Shown in pieces: positions 17,443 through 19,692 of a stretch of DNA of 19,692 nucleotides; the stretch's first letter is position 1; each line of letters opens with the position of its first letter. Location of the stretch: assembly GCA_041640455.1 (NCBI GenBank), contig JBEQAF010000035.1, positions 1 through 19,692 on the forward strand. The letters are read 5' to 3'. The notes under the pieces are model-generated. The model did no database searches. It saw only the letters and a program-made list of their open reading frames with translations, and was not told the origin of the DNA. This stretch comes from a bacterium (GTDB taxonomy: Bacteria; CALINM01). The translations under genes and the position numbers were made by a program.

Positions 17443-17472
17443 ATTTTAGCAGAAACAGCCGGATACTAACAA
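17443..17472 (-). promoter_or_regulatory. Putative sigma70 promoter of ychF
   Basis: TTGTTA-18 nt-TAAAAT with TG extension (TGCTAAAAT). Confidence 0.45.
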
Positions 17473-17502
17473 AAAAATTTATACTGATGGTCAATAATTA
17501 TT

Positions 17503-18225
17503 TTACTTCTCTTGCTCCTTATCATTAATATATATCAAAAAGCGCTGACAGAAGGGGCACTGGTAAATATGATCACCCTTGATAACCAGATTGTAAAGCT
17601 GGGGCTGGACATTCATGTAACAGCCCTCACAGGTTTCATTTCTAACCCTTGAAACGGCTATTCCTCTGCTGTTCTTTCTTATAAAATCATATTTCTCAAG
17701 CAGATCACCCTTTATTTTAAGCACCAGGTTGTCTCTGCTTTTAAAAATATCCTTTTTTTTATCTTCCAGCTCCTTTTCCTCATTCTCAAAAGCCATCAGA
17801 GCATTTTTAACAGCTACGCTTTCTTTATCAATCTGTTCCTTCAGCTCTGATATAACTTTCTCAATCTTCTCCACCTCTTCCATCTTCTTTAGCACATCAT
17901 CTTCTCTTAGTTTGTTTGATTTTTTTGCAAGTTCAATCCTTTTTTTTACCTCCAGATAATCTTTCTGACTTTTTATGAAATTAAGTCTCGCCTCAACATT
18001 TTTTATCTTTTCATTTTCCTGATCGATCTCCTTCTCCTTTGCCTCTTTTTCCTTCAACAGTATATTTTTTTCTTCAGTTTTCAGGTTTAACTGACTTTCA
18101 AGCTCCCTTAGCCTTTCGCTTACCCTGTCCTTTTTCTGTGAAAATTCAGCAATTCTTTTCTCAAGCTCAAATATCTCTTTGTCAATACATTGCAACTCCC
18201 ATAATAGCTTTAGATCTTCCAGCAA
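17503..18225 (-). CDS. Coiled-coil protein with C4 zinc ribbon (DUF164/CT398/HP0958 family)
   Basis: 'L.ELQ.ID', long E/K coiled coil, 'CEGCYM...CPFCQRFL'; in its usual position after the Nif3 gene. Confidence 0.9.
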   Translation of the reverse strand: MLEDLKLLWELQCIDKEIFELEKRIAEFSQKKDRVSERLRELESQLNLKTEEKNILLKEKEAKEKEIDQENEKIKNVEARLNFIKSQKDYLEVKKRIELAKKSNKLREDDVLKKMEEVEKIEKVISELKEQIDKESVAVKNALMAFENEEKELEDKKKDIFKSRDNLVLKIKGDLLEKYDFIRKNSRGIAVSRVRNETCEGCYMNVQPQLYNLVIKGDHIYQCPFCQRFLIYINDKEQEK

Positions 18226-18236
18226 TTTTGACCTCC

Positions 18237-19322
18237 TTAATAAAATTTATAAATATCTGCAAACTCTTTATAAACAAGTATCTCAAGATTTTTAAACCTC
18301 TTTTCTAACTGTTCTTTTAACGAAAAAAGCACTGGTTCCTCAGATGCCCTGTGCCCCACATCGGCAATGGCAATTTTCTCTCCATAATCAAGAAGATCGT
18401 GATATTTTATATCTCCAGAGATAAAAAGATCTGCACCCTGCTGAACCGCATCCTTCATAAAAGAGCTACCTGTGCCACCCACAAAGGCAATCTTTTTTAT
18501 CCTCGCATTCAGGTCTCCTGAAAATCTTATTTTATCAAGACCTAAAAGATCTTTAATCCTATTAATAACCTGTGACAGTTTGGCTGAACTTCCAAGCTCC
18601 CCGATACAACCATAGCCTATCTGGAGGGGGTTTATTAGCTCATCAAACACATCAAATGCAAGCTCTTCATAGGGATGAATATCTCTTAGCCTGTCTATTA
18701 GCTGATTAATTTTATCCTTTCTGACAATCAGCTCTATCTTGCCTTCTTTGTATGGAGATGCTGACTTAATGAAAGGATTTGATAAATCTTTTTCTTTAAA
18801 CCTGCCTTCACCAAAGCTCTCAAATGCGCATTCCTTGTAAAACAGATACTCACCCACACCCTCAGAAAAAATCTTATCCAGAATAGTTCTTTCCATCCCT
18901 GTGGGTAGAAAGAAAAAAAGTTTGCAAAACCTGCTTTTTTCAAGTGGTTTTAATACTTTAACATTTTTAAGTCCCAGAAGCTCTGCAAAATAAAAATTAA
19001 CTCCCCTCGGAACCAGATCAAGGGGTATATGGCTTGATATAACTGTTATATCGTTTTTAATAAGTTTACTTATAACAGGATTTGATATATCAATAGATCT
19101 TAAGGGTCTAAAAAAAAGTGGATGGTGGGATATAATCAGATCAGCATTTATCTTTTCAGCTTCAGTTACAGATGATAATGTAACATCAAGGGTGAGGAGT
19201 ATTTTTTTTACAATCTTATCTTTTCGACCAATCTGAATACCCGAGTTATCCCAGTCCTCCTGATAAACAAATGGCGCAATTGAATCTAAGTAGTTGTAAA
19301 CCTCTCTGACATAAAGGCTCAT
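18237..19322 (-). CDS. Nif3-like dinuclear metal-centre protein (YbgI/YqfO family, long form with PII-like insert)
   Basis: 'AP...QEDWDNSGIQIG', 'ISHHPLFF', 'SH.PLD', 'HPYEE.AFD', 'GDIKYH', 'DVGH.ASE'. Confidence 0.92.
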   Translation of the reverse strand: MSLYVREVYNYLDSIAPFVYQEDWDNSGIQIGRKDKIVKKILLTLDVTLSSVTEAEKINADLIISHHPLFFRPLRSIDISNPVISKLIKNDITVISSHIPLDLVPRGVNFYFAELLGLKNVKVLKPLEKSRFCKLFFFLPTGMERTILDKIFSEGVGEYLFYKECAFESFGEGRFKEKDLSNPFIKSASPYKEGKIELIVRKDKINQLIDRLRDIHPYEELAFDVFDELINPLQIGYGCIGELGSSAKLSQVINRIKDLLGLDKIRFSGDLNARIKKIAFVGGTGSSFMKDAVQQGADLFISGDIKYHDLLDYGEKIAIADVGHRASEEPVLFSLKEQLEKRFKNLEILVYKEFADIYKFY

Positions 19323-19328
19323 ATATAC

Positions 19329-19354
19329 AAAAAAAATGCCCGATAACGGGCATT
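19329..19354 (-). terminator. Intrinsic terminator downstream of the tRNA
   Basis: AATGCCCG-TTAT-CGGGCATT followed by a T run on the minus strand. Confidence 0.75.
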
Positions 19355-19449
19355 GTATCTTAGAATTCTATTTTTGTTTTTGTTTAAACCTTGATATTTT
19401 TGTAAAGGGCTATACCTGTATGTTAAGATTTCCATGTTTTTTAAAATAA

Positions 19450-19523
19450 TGGGCTCACCTGGATTCGAACCAGGGACCGACCGGTTATGAGCCGGTGGCT
19501 CTACCAAGCTGAGCTATGAGCCC
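19450..19523 (-). tRNA. tRNA with CAT anticodon, most likely tRNA-Ile2 (lysidine type); CCA not encoded
   Basis: GGGCTCATAGCTCAGCTTGGTAGAGCCACCGGCTCATAACCGGTCGGTCCCTGGTTCGAATCCAGGTGAGCCCA. Full cloverleaf; G1-C72 pair excludes an initiator; C4-G69 and C29-G41 favour Ile2. Confidence 0.93.
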
Positions 19524-19533
19524 GTAAACATTT

Positions 19534-19564
19534 ATTATAACTACAAGATATGAGATAAAGTCAA
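19534..19564 (-). promoter_or_regulatory. Putative sigma70 promoter of the tRNA
   Basis: TTGACT-19 nt-TATAAT (long spacer), ending 10 nt before the tRNA 5' end. Confidence 0.5.
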
Positions 19565-19692
19565 GAACTTTATTTTTTATGTGACCAGATAGGTATAGAC
19601 ATATTAACCAGTTTGATTTTATTGAAGTAAAAGGAGGTGAATGGAAGGATGCAAAGGAAACTATAAGCAGGAAAGAGGCTTTCCACAGAATA

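Noticed and set aside
19319..19507. 62-aa minus-strand ORF
   Set aside because: It overlaps the tRNA and terminator; a translation artefact.
19450..19523. tRNA as an integration site for the cytochrome cluster
   Set aside because: No integrase or duplicated tRNA 3' end seen; housekeeping genes follow the tRNA.
19579..19692. ATG-TGA followed by an open frame (possible selenoprotein M-U-P-D-R...)
   Set aside because: No SD before the ATG, no evident SECIS hairpin, and no recognisable family.

Overview
AT-rich bacterial DNA (roughly mid-30s %GC by eye), almost all coding on the minus strand. In transcription order (right to left): tRNA(CAT, probably Ile2), Nif3-like protein, C4 zinc-ribbon coiled-coil protein and a YchF-family ATPase. 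Then comes a cytochrome-nanowire/extracellular electron transfer cluster: tetraheme c3-type cytochrome, ResB, ResC/CcsA, a ~21-heme cytochrome, an octaheme cytochrome, an NHL beta-propeller lipoprotein, an OmcE-like tetraheme filament subunit, and a large outer-membrane beta-barrel with a 71-aa Gly-Asn/aromatic insert. A protein-glycosylation block follows: DUF2723/TMEM260-like GT-C, GT2, an archaeal-AglB-like STT3 oligosaccharyltransferase with a non-canonical PWYMG motif, DPM1-like GT2, DUF2304 and a truncated ArnC-like GT2. The gene order resembles the Geobacter ppcA-resB-resC-cyt-cyt-NHL-omcE locus as I recall it, but the low GC argues against a Geobacter genome. The main hypothesis is a dedicated N-glycosylation system for the nanowire: the OmcE homolog has 10 N-X-S/T sequons, tandem sigma54/sigma70-like promoters and its own terminator. 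All family calls come from motif recognition; no searches were run.
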